DNA of 64,000 nucleotides from the human T2T-CHM13v2.0 reference genome, Homo sapiens. A program made the translations under genes and the position numbers. Under the pieces are notes generated by a model that had not been told where the DNA came from, searched no databases, and saw only the letters and a list, made by a program, of their open reading frames with translations. The stretch lies in NCBI RefSeq assembly GCF_009914755.1, contig NC_060926.1; one strand, written 5' to 3'. Below are positions 62,485 through 64,000 of the stretch, piece after piece; the first letter of the stretch is position 1; every line of letters begins with the position of its first letter.

Positions 62485-63807
62485 AAAAAACTTTTTATCC
62501 TGAAATAATTATAGAAGGATATGAAAACATAGATCTCATATACTCTTCACACAGTTTATCCCAATGGTAACATCTTCCATAATTATGGTACCATGTCAAA
62601 TCTAGGAAACTGACAGGTACAATTCACGCATCCTTATTCAGAATTTCACCCATTGTACTTGCACTCATTTGTGTATTCAGTTCTAGGCAATTTTATGATG
62701 TTTAGATTTGTGTGATCCACCCTAACCCAGTTAAGATACAGAGCACTTCCATCACAAGGATTCTTCATGCCATCCTTTTATAGCCAAAGCCACCTCCTTC
62801 CTTAACCCCGGCAACCACTAATGTGTTCTCTATCGCTATAATTTTATAACTTCAATGATGTTATATAAATGGAATTACACAATGTAATGTTTTGAGATTG
62901 GCTTTCTTTACTTAATACAATTCCCTTGAGATCAATCCAACATGTGTGCACAACAACTTGTTCCTTTTTATGGATTTGTTGTTTTGTTGTTTGTTTGTTT
63001 GGTTGTTTTTTTTTTACTTTATATCTGGGTATTTTATACAGAGATGTAACAGTGCCTAGCAACATTCCATCAAAATATGTAAATCAAAAATACAAAAAAC
63101 GGATGGAGAATTTGATGAAAATCGCAGTCTTAACCCAGAAAAAAAGATAGCAGATTTTTATATAAATATATTCTTTTTAAAAAATTGAAAATAATTGTAC
63201 ATATTTATTGGGTACAAAATATGTGATATTTTGACACATGCATATAACTATAATGACAAAATCAGGGAAATTAGGATATCTATGACCTCAACCATTGATC
63301 ACTTCTTTGTGTTGGGAACATTTCAAATCTTCCTTTCTGTTTTAAAATATACAATAAATTATTGTTAATTATAGCCACCCTACTATGTAATTGAACATTA
63401 AAACTTATTCCTTCGATCTAACTGTATTTTATTTTAGTGCTGTGTCTTGAATCTGTTCATTTATTTTGTAAAAATAAATTTTATAGCACGTATTTGAAGT
63501 TTACAACGTGATGTTATGGGATACATATAAAACATGGTTCCTGTAATAAAGAAGATTAACGTATCTATCATTTCACAGTTACTTTTTTTGTGTCTGAGAA
63601 GAGTACCCAAAATCTACTTTTTTAACAAAAATCCTGAATATAATACAATTTTATTAACTTTAGTCCTCATGTAATACACTACATCTCTGGACTTGTTCAT
63701 CTTACATATCTGCTATTTTGTGTCTTTTGACCTACACTTCCCCATTTCCTCTCCCCTCACCACTTCTGGTAACCACTATTTCATTTTCTGCCTCTGTGTA
63801 TTTGAGC

Positions 63808-63873
<66 letters not shown>

Positions 63874-64000
63874 TTCACATATAAGTAAAATCATGCAATA
63901 TTTTTCCTTCTGTGCCTGGCTTATTTCACTTAGCACAATATCCTCCAGGTCTATCCATGCTGTGGTAAATGGCAAAAACCTCTTCTTTTCAAGTCTGAAT
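62485..64000 (-). mobile_element. Old L1M 3' fragments (L1MB/MC-like and L1MA-like) with (TG)n(TA)n at 63809-63872
   Basis: gcaaccactaatgtgttctcta, tggcttatttcacttagcacaatatcctccaggtctatccatgctgtgg. Confidence 0.7.

Overview
Primate genomic DNA, most likely human (it carries F282 and Q452, reported as human-specific MARCO residues). The first 16 kb hold the last nine exons of MARCO on the + strand: seven Gly-X-Y collagen exons, two SRCR exons, a short 3'UTR and the polyA signal. The rest is repeat-rich intergenic DNA. It includes a three-layer nest (solo LTR18, a full-length L1PA4-like element inserted at its terminus, and a twin-primed L1PA2/3-like element inside that), a second twin-primed L1, old L1M, MLT, LTR16, MER5, MIR and Alu copies, microsatellites and a small orphan CpG island. 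The most notable observations are: (1) a 108-bp inverted duplication in the long MARCO intron that would mask a cryptic 5' splice site using a U1-like arm; (2) a ~70-nt polyadenylated retrocopy of only the R region of a MER41-type LTR, flanked by a perfect 14-bp TSD; (3) non-consensus substitutions shared by three neighbouring L1s of different age, suggesting local gene conversion. Repeat family and subfamily names come from recalled consensus sequences and need RepeatMasker/Dfam confirmation.
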